From the NCBI GenBank assembly GCA_963705885.1, contig OY970120.1, positions 98,179-162,178 of the forward strand: a DNA stretch of 64,000 nt. The letters are read 5' to 3'. How positions within the stretch are numbered: the stretch's first letter is position 1; the number at the start of each line of letters is the position of its first letter. The DNA is from an uncultured Actinomycetota bacterium. GTDB lineage: Bacteria; Actinomycetota; Actinomycetes; JACCUZ01. The notes beneath the pieces were generated by a model that had not been told where the DNA came from, did not search any database, and worked only from the letters and a program-made list of their open reading frames with translations. A program made the position numbers and the translations under genes. Shown piece by piece: positions 44,006-52,596 of this stretch.

Positions 44006-45508
44006 TCAGCGCAGGCCCTCGAGCCAGCGCAGGAGCAGCCGGGCCCCGAAGCCGGTGCCACCGCGGCTCACCTCGTGCTCGTCGCGGTCGGCGCGGGCCG
44101 GGCCGGCGATGTCCAGGTGCGCCCAGCGCCGGGCGCCCACGAACTCGCGGAGGAACAGCGCGGCGGTGATCGACCCGCCCGAGACCGACGGGTCGCGCGA
44201 GACGTTGGACACGTCGGCGACCTGGGAGTCCAGAGCGGCCCGGTAGTCCTCGACCAGCGGCATCCGCCACAGCCGGTCACCGCTGGCGGTGCCCGCAGCC
44301 AGCAGGCCACCCGCCAGCTCCTCGTCGGCGGTGAACAGCGCCCCGTGGCGGCGCCCCAGCCCCTGCGAGGCGGCACCGGTCAGCGTCGCCATGTCGACCA
44401 GCAGGTCCGGGTCCAGCGCCTCGTCGGCGTAGGCGAGGGCGTCGGCGAGCACCAGCCGGCCCTCGGCGTCGGTGTTGAACACCTCGACGGTGCGCCCGCC
44501 GTAGTGCGTGACGACGTCGCCGGGACGCAGCGCCGAGGCGCCCGGCATGTTCTCGGCCAGCGGCACCAACGCGGTCACGGGGACCCGGACCCCGGCCTCG
44601 CCCAGCGCGGCCATCACGGCGACGACCGCGCCGCCCGCGGCCATGTCGGTCTTCATCGGCACCATCGCGTCGCGCGGCTTGAGCGAGAGGCCGCCGGAGT
44701 CGAACGTGATGCCCTTGCCCACGAGCACCACGTGGGGTGCGCCGCGGCGCGCCGCACCGGGGCGGAACCGCAGCTCGACCAGGCGCGGGGGGCGGCTCGA
44801 GCCGGCGCCGACGGCGGCGATGCCGCCGAAGCCCTCCCGCGCGAGCTGCTTCTCGTCGCGGACGGTCACCTCGAGCCCGTGCCGGCGCCCGAGGTCGCGG
44901 GCCTGCCGGGCCAGCCAGGCCGGGTCCTTGGTGCCCGGCGGCATGTTCGCCAGGTCGCGGGACAGGTGCACCGTGCGACCGGTCAGGCGGGCCCGCTCGA
45001 CCGCGTCGCGCACCGCGGCCGGGCTGCGGGCCGGCAGGTGCAGGTCGACCGCACGCAGGGGCAGCTTCCCGGTGTCGCGGCGCGCGCCCGGGGCGCGGAA
45101 GGCGTAGGCCGCCAGCAGCAGCCCCTCGACGTGGGCCCGCACCGACTCGGCGTCCAGGCCCCGGGCCGTGTCGGTCGCCACGCGCTCGACACCGGTCAGC
45201 CGGCGCGCCAGGGCCGCCCCCGCCCGACGGAGCGCGTTCGGCGACCCGTCGCCGACCCCGACGAGCAGCACCCGGCGTACGGCCTCGTCGGCCCGGGTCA
45301 CGGGGAGGTCGACGACCTCGCCCGCGCCTGCCGGCGAGGAGGCCCGCCCGAGCGCGGTCGCCAGGTCGAGCCCGAGGCGGGCGGCCCGCTCGGCCACCGG
45401 TCCGGCGACCGCGGGCCGGTCGTCGACCAGCCGTACGGCCGTCGCGAGGACCGGCGCGTCGGAGGACTCCAGGCCGGTGTCTCGGACCGTGAGGCGGGGT
45501 GGTGCCAC
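44006..45508 (-). CDS. pepA: leucyl aminopeptidase (M17)
   Basis: M17 signature NTDAEGRL, VGKGITFDSGG, metal-ligand region; GGAGAGGAG RBS 8 nt before GTG 45508. Confidence 0.85.
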   Translation of the reverse strand: MAPPRLTVRDTGLESSDAPVLATAVRLVDDRPAVAGPVAERAARLGLDLATALGRASSPAGAGEVVDLPVTRADEAVRRVLLVGVGDGSPNALRRAGAALARRLTGVERVATDTARGLDAESVRAHVEGLLLAAYAFRAPGARRDTGKLPLRAVDLHLPARSPAAVRDAVERARLTGRTVHLSRDLANMPPGTKDPAWLARQARDLGRRHGLEVTVRDEKQLAREGFGGIAAVGAGSSRPPRLVELRFRPGAARRGAPHVVLVGKGITFDSGGLSLKPRDAMVPMKTDMAAGGAVVAVMAALGEAGVRVPVTALVPLAENMPGASALRPGDVVTHYGGRTVEVFNTDAEGRLVLADALAYADEALDPDLLVDMATLTGAASQGLGRRHGALFTADEELAGGLLAAGTASGDRLWRMPLVEDYRAALDSQVADVSNVSRDPSVSGGSITAALFLREFVGARRWAHLDIAGPARADRDEHEVSRGGTGFGARLLLRWLEGLR

Positions 45509-45591
45509 GGGACGTGCTCCTCTCCGGACGGCAGCGGCCCCGGCCCGCAGGGTGCGCGGGTCGGGGCCGGCCGTCGGGGTGACGCGCTGGG

Positions 45592-45759
45592 TCAGCCGAT
45601 CGCGGTCTTCAGGGCGTCTCCGAGCGCGCCGGCCTCGTCGGCCGACAGCTCGACGACGAGTCGCCCGCCACCCTCGAGCGGAACGCGCATGACGATGCCC
45701 CGCCCCTCCTTGGTGACCTCGAGCGGACCGTCGCCCGTTCGCGGCTTCATGGCCGCCAT
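45592..45759 (-). CDS. DUF3117-family small protein
   Basis: 55 aa MAAMKPRTGDGPLEVTKEGRGIVMRVPLEGGGRLVVELSADEAGALGDALK; GAAGGGAG RBS before the ATG. Confidence 0.6.
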   Translation of the reverse strand: MAAMKPRTGDGPLEVTKEGRGIVMRVPLEGGGRLVVELSADEAGALGDALKTAIG

Positions 45760-45929
45760 GCTGGCTCCCTTCGATGAAAAGCACGCCAGCTGCGGCACGA
45801 GCACCGGGAGAACCCTCGGCCCGCGACACGTCGACACGGCGTGTGTGTTCCGGCATTATCCCGCGAAACCCCCGCCCGCGCGAAACGACGCCACCCGGAC
45901 GGGCCGAGAGACGGGGAGACCCCACCGCA

Positions 45930-46715
45930 GTGAACGCCCGATCGGCCCTGTTCGACCTGTACGGCGACCACCTGCGCTCCCGCGGCGGGCAGGCCCAGGT
46001 CGCCTCCCTCGTGCGGCTGCTCGCACCGCTGGGCGTCGCGGCACCCGCGGTGCGCACCGCGGTGTCGAGGATGGTGCGGCAGGGGTGGCTCGAGCCGGTC
46101 CGGCTCTCCGGCGGGCCCGGCTACGCCCTGACCAGCCGGGCCGTGCGGCGCCTCGACGACTCCGCGGCGCGGATCTACCGGACCCGCAGCGAGGGCTGGG
46201 CGGGGCGCTGGCACCTGGTGGTCGTCTCGATGCCGACCGAGCGGAGCCGGCGTGACCGGCTGCGCGCCGGGCTGGGCTTCCTCGGCTTCGCCCAGCTCGA
46301 CGACGCGACCTGGATCGGCCCCCGCTGGTCGGAGGAGGTCGACGCCCTCCTGGAGGTCGAGGCCGTGCGGGCCGAGCGGTTCACCGCGGAGCACGACGGC
46401 GACTCGCTCGGCCTGGTGCGCCACGCCTGGGACATCGAAGGCCTGGCGCGCGCCTACACGCGGTGGCTGGCCGACGCGCGCCGGCTCGTGACCCGGGCCG
46501 GGCCCGCCCCCGACGACGAGCAGGCGTTCGCGGCCCGGTCCCGGCTCGTCCACGAGTGGCGCAAGTTCCTGTTCCTGGACCCGGGCCTCCCGCGGCCGCT
46601 GCTGCCCGCCGACTGGCCGGGCGACGAGGCGGCCGAGTTCTTCGACGCCGAGAGCGAGCGCCTGAGCCCCGCAGCAGTGCGGTTCGTGGAGCAGTGCCTG
46701 AGACACTCGGTCTGA
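45930..46715 (+). CDS. PaaX-family transcriptional regulator
   Basis: PaaX N-terminal wHTH (LFDLYGDHLRSRGGQAQVASLVRLLAPLGVAAPAVRTAVSRMVRQGWL) and C-terminal domain; GTG 45930. Confidence 0.75.
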   Translation: MNARSALFDLYGDHLRSRGGQAQVASLVRLLAPLGVAAPAVRTAVSRMVRQGWLEPVRLSGGPGYALTSRAVRRLDDSAARIYRTRSEGWAGRWHLVVVSMPTERSRRDRLRAGLGFLGFAQLDDATWIGPRWSEEVDALLEVEAVRAERFTAEHDGDSLGLVRHAWDIEGLARAYTRWLADARRLVTRAGPAPDDEQAFAARSRLVHEWRKFLFLDPGLPRPLLPADWPGDEAAEFFDAESERLSPAAVRFVEQCLRHSV

Positions 46716-46760
46716 CCCCGCCGCCGCCCGCGGCGCCGCCCGCCACCGCGGAGGAGCCCC

Positions 46761-47549
46761 GTGTCCGACGTCCTGCTCTACGACCTCGCCGAGTCCGTCG
46801 CGACGGTCACCCTGAACCGGCCGGAGGCGATGAACGCGCTCGACACCGAGCTCAAGACGGCGCTGCGCGACACGCTCGCCGAGGTGGCCGAGGACGAGGA
46901 CGTACGCGCCGTGGTGCTCACCGGCAGCGGTCGGGCCTTCTGCGTCGGGCAGGACCTCGCCCAGCACGCCCACAACCTCGAGACGGACCTCGACGCGGTG
47001 TGGGCGACGGTCCCCGAGCACTACACCCCGATCGCGACGACCCTGGCCACGATGCCCAAGCCCGTGGTGGCCGCGATCAACGGCGCCGCGGCCGGGGCGG
47101 GCGCCGCGTTCTCGCTGGCCTGCGACTTCCGCGTCGCGGCCGACACGGCGAAGCTCACGATGGCCTTCTCGGCCGTCGGGCTCTCCGCCGACTCCGGCTC
47201 GTCGTGGTCGCTGCCGCGCCTGGTGGGCCTCGCGAAGGCCAAGGAGCTGCTGATGCTCCCCTCGACCGTCACCGCGGCCGAGGCGCTCGGGCTCGGGCTC
47301 GTGACCGAGGTCGTGCCGGCCGACCAGGTCGCGGCGCGGGCCCGGGAGCTGGCCCTGCGGCTGGCCGCCGGGCCGACGGTGGCCTACGGCGCGATCCGGC
47401 GGTCGCTGGCGTTCTCGGCGGGTCACGGCCTGGACGAGTCGCTGGCCTTCGAGCACCGGATGATGGAGCTCACCGGCGGCACCGAGGACCACGCCGGCGC
47501 GGTGCGGTCGTTCCTGGCCAAGGAGCAGCCCACCTTCCGCGCCCGCTGA
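46761..47549 (+). CDS. enoyl-CoA hydratase/isomerase (crotonase family, PaaG-like)
   Basis: Crotonase oxyanion-hole motifs (VVLTGSGRAFCVGQDL; INGAAAGAGAAFSLACDFRV); GGAGGAG RBS before GTG. Confidence 0.85.
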   Translation: MSDVLLYDLAESVATVTLNRPEAMNALDTELKTALRDTLAEVAEDEDVRAVVLTGSGRAFCVGQDLAQHAHNLETDLDAVWATVPEHYTPIATTLATMPKPVVAAINGAAAGAGAAFSLACDFRVAADTAKLTMAFSAVGLSADSGSSWSLPRLVGLAKAKELLMLPSTVTAAEALGLGLVTEVVPADQVAARARELALRLAAGPTVAYGAIRRSLAFSAGHGLDESLAFEHRMMELTGGTEDHAGAVRSFLAKEQPTFRAR

Positions 47550-47559
47550 CGCAGCCGCA

Positions 47560-47628
47560 CAAGATCCTTTGCGCGCCGACACACCGCCCCGTCGGCGAGT
47601 CCGGTGTGTCGCTGCACAAAGGATCTTG
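47560..47628. terminator. long imperfect hairpin (26-nt arms, 23/26 complementary, 17-nt loop) between convergent genes
   Basis: caagatcctttgcgcgccgacacacc ... ggtgtgtcgctgcacaaaggatcttg, read directly. Confidence 0.5.
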
Positions 47629-47643
47629 AGGGACGGCCGGCTG

Positions 47644-48222
47644 TCAGCCGGCGGTGCGGAACGCGCAGCCGGCGAGGTGGTCGTTCACCATGCCGGTCGC
47701 CTGCATCAGGGCGTACGCGGTCGTGGGGCCGACGAACCGGAAGCCGTGCTGCTTGAGCGCCTTGGCCATCGCCACCGACTCCGGCGTGACCGGCGGGACG
47801 TCGTCGAGGCTGCGCGGGGAGGGTCGCTCGCCGGACGGGGCGAACGACCAGAGCAGGCTGTCGAGCCCGCCGTCCAGGGCGAGGACCGCCCGTGCGTTCG
47901 CGATGGTCGCCGCGACCTTCGCGCGGTTGCGCACGATGCCCGCGTCGGCCAGCAGGCGCGCCTCGTCGTCCGGCCCGAACCCCGCGACGACCGACGGGTC
48001 GAAGCCGGCGAAGGCCGCGCGGAAGGCGTCGCGCTTGCGCAGGATCGTCAGCCAGGACAGCCCCGACTGGAAGGCCTCCAGGGAGATGCGCTCGAACAGG
48101 GCGCGGTCGCCGTGGACCGGGCGGCCCCACTCGTCGTCGTGGTAGGCCGTGTACTCGGCCGACGTGCCGACGCCCCACGGGCAGCGCGGCCGGCCGTCGG
48201 CCCCCGCGACCGGGCCGTTCAC
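47644..48222 (-). CDS. tag: DNA-3-methyladenine glycosylase I
   Basis: Tag signatures (RCPWG, YHDDEWGRPVHGDRALFE, LEAFQSGLSW); GTG 48222 overlaps the upstream TGA. Confidence 0.85.
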   Translation of the reverse strand: MNGPVAGADGRPRCPWGVGTSAEYTAYHDDEWGRPVHGDRALFERISLEAFQSGLSWLTILRKRDAFRAAFAGFDPSVVAGFGPDDEARLLADAGIVRNRAKVAATIANARAVLALDGGLDSLLWSFAPSGERPSPRSLDDVPPVTPESVAMAKALKQHGFRFVGPTTAYALMQATGMVNDHLAGCAFRTAG

Positions 48223-48656
48223 GCGGCCCGGCTGCGCCGGACGTACCTCTCGAGGCGGCGCAGCGACACCTGGACCCCCAGGCGGACGACGACCTTGGCC
48301 ACCGGCCAGGCGAGGCGGCCCAGGACCCCGAACGGCAGGTCGACCCACTCCGACCACACGACCCGCGACCGGCGCTCGCCGAGCGGCTGCACCTCGAAGG
48401 CCCCGGAACCGCGGACGACCTTGCCGGTGTGCCGCACCACGGCGCGGCGGGGGGGCTCCCAGACCGTGATGGTCATCGTGTCCAGGAAGCCGACACGGCC
48501 GATGCCGGTGAAGGCCGAGATCGACTCGCCCACGGCTGACCCGCCCTCGGCCCGCGTGAAGAGCATCCACCGGTCGTGGACCCCCCAGTCGGTGAGGACC
48601 TCCCAGACCTGCTCGGCCGGCGCCTCGAGAACCTGCTCGACCACGAGCTCGGCCAC
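48219..48656 (-). CDS. SRPBCC (polyketide cyclase/dehydrase-like) family protein
   Basis: 145 aa; EQVWEVLTDWGVHDRWM pattern of the SRPBCC ligand-binding fold. Confidence 0.6.
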   Translation of the reverse strand: MAELVVEQVLEAPAEQVWEVLTDWGVHDRWMLFTRAEGGSAVGESISAFTGIGRVGFLDTMTITVWEPPRRAVVRHTGKVVRGSGAFEVQPLGERRSRVVWSEWVDLPFGVLGRLAWPVAKVVVRLGVQVSLRRLERYVRRSRAA

Positions 48657-48659
48657 GGT

Positions 48660-48950
48660 TCAGCCCTCCCGCGCCGGTCGCTGCTCGAGCTCGGCGATGC
48701 GCGCGTCCCGGACCTCGATCTCGCCGACCAGCCGGTCGAGGACGTCGTCGACCTCGTCCATGCGATAGCCGCGCAGGCCGACGGAGAACCGCAGCGCGTC
48801 GACGGCGTCGCGGTCGACCTCCCCGACGGGGAGCATGCCCCTCGGCGACCGGTCGGGCTCGGCGTCGGGCATCGAGCCACCGCCCCCGGCTGCGACCACC
48901 GCCACCGCCGCGATCACGGCGAGCAGGAGGAGCAGCAGGACGATCGACAC
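48660..48950 (-). CDS. DivIVA-domain membrane protein (small)
   Basis: N-terminal TM helix, then a DivIVA-like coiled-coil (LRFSVGLRGYRMDEVDDVLDRLVGEIEVRDARIAELE); start ambiguous (GTG 48950 or ATG 48872). Confidence 0.45.
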   Translation of the reverse strand: MSIVLLLLLLAVIAAVAVVAAGGGGSMPDAEPDRSPRGMLPVGEVDRDAVDALRFSVGLRGYRMDEVDDVLDRLVGEIEVRDARIAELEQRPAREG

Positions 48951-48975
48951 GGGGGAATCGTGCCACGCTGTGCCG

Positions 48976-49839
48976 ATGACCCTGCGGCTGGGCGCTCGGG
49001 AGTTCGCCGACGACGAGCTCGTGGTGATGGCGATCGTGAACCGGACGCCCGACTCGTTCTTCGACCAGGGAGCCTTCCTCGACGACGACCTGGCCATGAC
49101 CGCCGTCGACGAGGCGGTCGAGCAGGGCGCCGCGATCGTGGACATCGGCGGGGTGAAGGCGGGTCCGGGCGAGGCGGTGCCGGCCGAGGAGGAGGCGGGG
49201 CGCACCGCCCCCTTCGTCGCCGCCGTGCGCCGGCGGCACCCGCGGCTGGTCATCAGCGTCGACACGTGGCGGGCCTCGGTGGGCCGCGCGGCGTGCGCGG
49301 CCGGCGCCGACCTGCTCAACGACGCGTGGCAGGGCGCGGACCCGGGGCTCGCGCACGTCGCCGCGGAGTACGGCGCCGGGCTGGTGTGCAGTCATGCCGG
49401 CGGCCTTCCCCCGCGCACCGACCCGCACCGCGTCGCCTACGACGACGTCGTGGCCGACGTGGTCCGCGTGGTGACCGGCCTCGCCGAGCGCGCCGTCGAC
49501 GCCGGGGTGCGGCCGGACGGGATCCTCGTCGACGCGGCCCACGACTTCGGCAAGAACACCTACCACTCGCTCGAGGTCACCCGTCGCCTCGACGAGCTGG
49601 TCGCGGCCGGGTGGCCGGTGCTGCTGGCCGTGTCGAACAAGAAGTTCCTCGGCGAGGTGCTCGACGCCGACAAGGACAACCGGCTCGAGGCCAGCCTGGC
49701 CGCGACGGCGATCGGCGCCTGGCACGGCGCCCGCGTGTTCCGCGCCCACCAGGTGCGGGCCACCCTCCGGGCGCTGGACACGGTCGCCGCGATCCGCGGC
49801 ACGGCACCCCCCGCCGTGTCCCGCCGCGCCCTCGCCTGA
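48976..49839 (+). CDS. dihydropteroate synthase-family protein (FolP2-like paralog context)
   Basis: Pterin-binding TIM-barrel motifs (MAIVNRTPDSFFDQG, DIGG, LISVDT, NDAW, VSNKKFLG). Confidence 0.8.
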   Translation: MTLRLGAREFADDELVVMAIVNRTPDSFFDQGAFLDDDLAMTAVDEAVEQGAAIVDIGGVKAGPGEAVPAEEEAGRTAPFVAAVRRRHPRLVISVDTWRASVGRAACAAGADLLNDAWQGADPGLAHVAAEYGAGLVCSHAGGLPPRTDPHRVAYDDVVADVVRVVTGLAERAVDAGVRPDGILVDAAHDFGKNTYHSLEVTRRLDELVAAGWPVLLAVSNKKFLGEVLDADKDNRLEASLAATAIGAWHGARVFRAHQVRATLRALDTVAAIRGTAPPAVSRRALA

Positions 49840-49877
49840 CCTCCGGGCATGGCACCCCCCTGACCTGCACCTTTCCT

Positions 49878-49926
49878 GGTGATCATGCACGAGTGGTTGT
49901 GGCGCGACCACTCGTGCATGATCACC
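49878..49926. repeat. perfect 20-bp inverted repeat ggtgatcatgcacgagtggt / accactcgtgcatgatcacc with 9-nt loop, between convergent genes
   Basis: Read directly; outer ends share the GTGATCA motif with the palindrome at 22950-22969. Confidence 0.5.
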
Positions 49927-49941
49927 GCGGGTGTGGGTCGG

Positions 49942-50535
49942 TCAGGGCTCGGCCTCGAGGAGCTCGTCGGGGGCGGCCGAGAGGGTGGGCTCGACACGCC
50001 CGCGCTCGATGACGTCGAACGCCGCCGCGACGTCGCGGGTCCAGTGCAGGGCATCGAGGGCACCGGGACGTACGAACCCGCGCTCGGCCAGCAGGTCGAC
50101 CTGGGCGCGCAGCGGGTCGAAGATGCCGTCCGGGTCGAGGACCACCACCGGCTTGCCGTGCATCGCCAGCGTCCGGGAGACCCAGATCTCCAGGAGCTCC
50201 TCGAGCGTGCCCAGCCCGCCCGGCAGCGTGAGGAAGGCCTCGGCCCGCGCGTCCATCTCCGCCTTACGGGTGCGCATGTCCGGCGTGACCACGAGCTCGT
50301 CGGCGTCGTGGTCGGCGACCTCGAGGGCGACCAGCGAGCGCGGGATGACGCCGACCGTGTGCGCGCCCCCGGCCCGTGCCGCGCGCGCGACCGCACCCAT
50401 GCACGAGACGCTGCCCCCGCCGCTGACCAGGCTGTGACCGCGGCGCGCGAGCTCGGTGCCGACCGCGGCGGCCAGCTCGACGTACGACGGGTCGATCCGC
50501 CCGCTCGAGGAGCAGAAGACGCAGACCGCGGCCAC
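49942..50535 (-). CDS. LOG-family cytokinin riboside 5'-monophosphate phosphoribohydrolase (type I)
   Basis: PGGxGTxxE motif (LPGGLGTLEEL); 197 aa. Confidence 0.8.
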   Translation of the reverse strand: MAAVCVFCSSSGRIDPSYVELAAAVGTELARRGHSLVSGGGSVSCMGAVARAARAGGAHTVGVIPRSLVALEVADHDADELVVTPDMRTRKAEMDARAEAFLTLPGGLGTLEELLEIWVSRTLAMHGKPVVVLDPDGIFDPLRAQVDLLAERGFVRPGALDALHWTRDVAAAFDVIERGRVEPTLSAAPDELLEAEP

Positions 50536-51335
50536 TAGTCGCGCAGCCCTCCGTGCTCCTGGTCGCCCGCGGAGATGACGATCCGCACGGCCTCGACGGG
50601 GTCGTCGGTGACGCTGAACAGGTCCAGGTCACGCTCGGCGACCTTGCCCTCGGCGAGCAGCGTGGAGCGCAGCCAGCCCACGAGCCCGTCCCAGTAGTCG
50701 TGCCCGACCAGCACGACGGGGAAGGAGGTGACCTTGCGCGTCTGCACCAGGGTGAGCGCCTCGAAGAGCTCGTCGAGCGTGCCGAAGCCGCCGGGCAGCA
50801 CGATGAACCCCTGGGCGTACTTCACGAACATCGTCTTGCGGGCGAAGAAGTAGCGGAAGTCGACGCCGATGTCGACCCACTGGTTCATGCCCTGCTCGAA
50901 GGGCAGCTCGATGCCGAGCCCGACCGACACCCCGCCGGCCTCGCAGGCTCCCTTGTTCGCGGCCTCCATGGTGCCGGGGCCGCCGCCGGTGATGACGGCG
51001 TGGCCGGCCTCTGCCAGCAGCCGGCCGACCCGCTCGGCACGCGCGTAGTCGGCGGAGTCGCGCTGTACCCGGGCCGACCCGAAGACGCTGACGGCCCGCC
51101 CCAGCTCGGCGAGCGCCCCGAAGCCCTCGACGAACTCGGCCTGGATGCGCAGCACCCGCCACGGGTCGGTGTGGACCCAGTCGGTCGAGCCACGGGAGTC
51201 GAGCAGCCGCTGGTCGGTGGTGCTCGTCTCCACCTGCCGGCGTCGCAGCGTGACCGGGCCCTTGTGGGTCTCGCGAGTGCGCTCCCCGTCGGGCACGGCG
51301 TCGCCGTCGTGGGGCAAGGGGGACTCGAGGACCAT
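50535..51335 (-). CDS. LOG-family protein (type II, longer form)
   Basis: GGGPGTMEAANKGA and LPGGFGTLDELFE motifs; its stop overlaps the start of the downstream LOG gene. Confidence 0.8.
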   Translation of the reverse strand: MVLESPLPHDGDAVPDGERTRETHKGPVTLRRRQVETSTTDQRLLDSRGSTDWVHTDPWRVLRIQAEFVEGFGALAELGRAVSVFGSARVQRDSADYARAERVGRLLAEAGHAVITGGGPGTMEAANKGACEAGGVSVGLGIELPFEQGMNQWVDIGVDFRYFFARKTMFVKYAQGFIVLPGGFGTLDELFEALTLVQTRKVTSFPVVLVGHDYWDGLVGWLRSTLLAEGKVAERDLDLFSVTDDPVEAVRIVISAGDQEHGGLRD

Positions 51336-51344
51336 GCGCAGAGG

Positions 51345-51872
51345 CTATCCGGCGGGGGTGCCCCGACCAGGGCTGTCGTCGTCGGCGAGGGCCCGGAAGA
51401 CGTCGCGCAGCTGCCGCACCTGCGTGGGCGTCAGCCGGTCGAAGAGCGCCTCCCGGACGGCCTCGACGTGACCCGGTGCCGCGGCGACGAGGGCTGTGTA
51501 GCCCGCGTCGGTCAGGACGGCGAGCGACCCGCGGCGGTCGGTCGGGTGCCTGTCCCGGCGTACCCAGCCCTTCTCCTCCAGCCGCGCCACCGCGTGCGAC
51601 AGCCGGCTCGGGGACGAGGTGGTCGCGACGGCGAGCTCGCTCATCCGCAGCGTGCGCCCCGGCGCCTCCGAGAGCATGGCCAGCACCTGGTAGTAGGCGT
51701 GCGGCATGCCCGCGTCGCGCTGGAGCTGGCGGTCGAGCCGGTCCTCGAGGCCGGTGAGGAACGCGAGGAAGGCACGCCAGGCCTCCTGCTCCGCGTCGGA
51801 GAGCCAGCGCGGCTGCGTCTCGGGGAGCCGGCGCCGCTGGGCGCCCGGCGCGGCACCGGTGTCGTCGACCAC
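51345..51872 (-). CDS. MarR-family transcriptional regulator
   Basis: wHTH (MSELAVATTSSPSRLSHAVARLEEKGWVRR); GTG 51872. Confidence 0.75.
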   Translation of the reverse strand: MVDDTGAAPGAQRRRLPETQPRWLSDAEQEAWRAFLAFLTGLEDRLDRQLQRDAGMPHAYYQVLAMLSEAPGRTLRMSELAVATTSSPSRLSHAVARLEEKGWVRRDRHPTDRRGSLAVLTDAGYTALVAAAPGHVEAVREALFDRLTPTQVRQLRDVFRALADDDSPGRGTPAG

Positions 51873-51896
51873 CCGGGGATCATAGCGGGGAAATAG

Positions 51897-51908
51897 TTGA
51901 GCGCTCAA
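51897..51908. promoter_or_regulatory. perfect 12-bp palindrome TTGAGCGCTCAA (candidate MarR operator) in the divergent MarR/VOC intergenic region
   Basis: Read directly; about 25 nt upstream of the MarR start and 47 nt upstream of the VOC start. Confidence 0.4.
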
Positions 51909-51954
51909 TATTCTTGTGCTAGCGTCCGACCCGCCGAGACCCAGGGAGCGCCAC

Positions 51955-52479
51955 ATGCCCGTCCGCCGCCTCAACCACGCCGTCCTGTTCGTCCGCGACG
52001 TCGAGCGCAGCACGTCCTTCTACCGCGAGGTGCTGGGCTTCGAGCCGATCGAGGGCATGGACGAGCTGTCGGGCGCCGCGTTCCTGCGCGCGCCGGCCTC
52101 GACCAACGACCACGACCTCGGCCTGTTCCAGATCGGCGCCGAGGCCGGCCCGTCGGGCGCCGGACGCAGCACGGTCGGGCTCTACCACCTCGCCTGGGAG
52201 GTCGAGACGCTCGCCGACCTCGCCGAGATCTCCGGCCGCCTGCAGGAGCGGGGCGCGCTGGCCGGGGCCACCGACCATGCGACCACCAAGGCGCTCTACG
52301 CCAAGGACCCCGACGGGCTCGAGCTCGAGGTCAGCTGGCTGGTCCCGGCCGACCGGCTCACGCCCGAGATCCTGGCCGCGCGCTCCCGGCTGGCCCCGCT
52401 CGACCTCGACCGCGAGATCGAGCGCTTCGGTGCCGAGACCGTCGGCGGCCTCGGCGTCTCGGTCCCCGCTCCGGCCTGA
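51955..52479 (+). CDS. VOC-family (glyoxalase/bleomycin resistance/extradiol dioxygenase) protein
   Basis: Tandem beta-alpha-beta-beta-beta modules (LNHAVLFVRDVERSTSFYREVLGF ... LYHLAWEVE); AGGGAG RBS before the ATG. Confidence 0.75.
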   Translation: MPVRRLNHAVLFVRDVERSTSFYREVLGFEPIEGMDELSGAAFLRAPASTNDHDLGLFQIGAEAGPSGAGRSTVGLYHLAWEVETLADLAEISGRLQERGALAGATDHATTKALYAKDPDGLELEVSWLVPADRLTPEILAARSRLAPLDLDREIERFGAETVGGLGVSVPAPA

Positions 52480-52596
52480 CCGCCCTCCCCCGCGTTGACC
52501 ACGTGAGGCGGGCGGCGTGGGGGCTCAACCTTTCCGGGGGTGGCGCGTCCAGGTGGTGTGACGGGAAACAGGGCAGTCGTCGGCCAGGATGTCCGC

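Noticed and set aside
47644-49911. 755-aa minus-strand ORF from tag through the folP region
   Set aside because: Only the 3' ~190 codons encode Tag. The rest is antisense to the DHPS-family gene.
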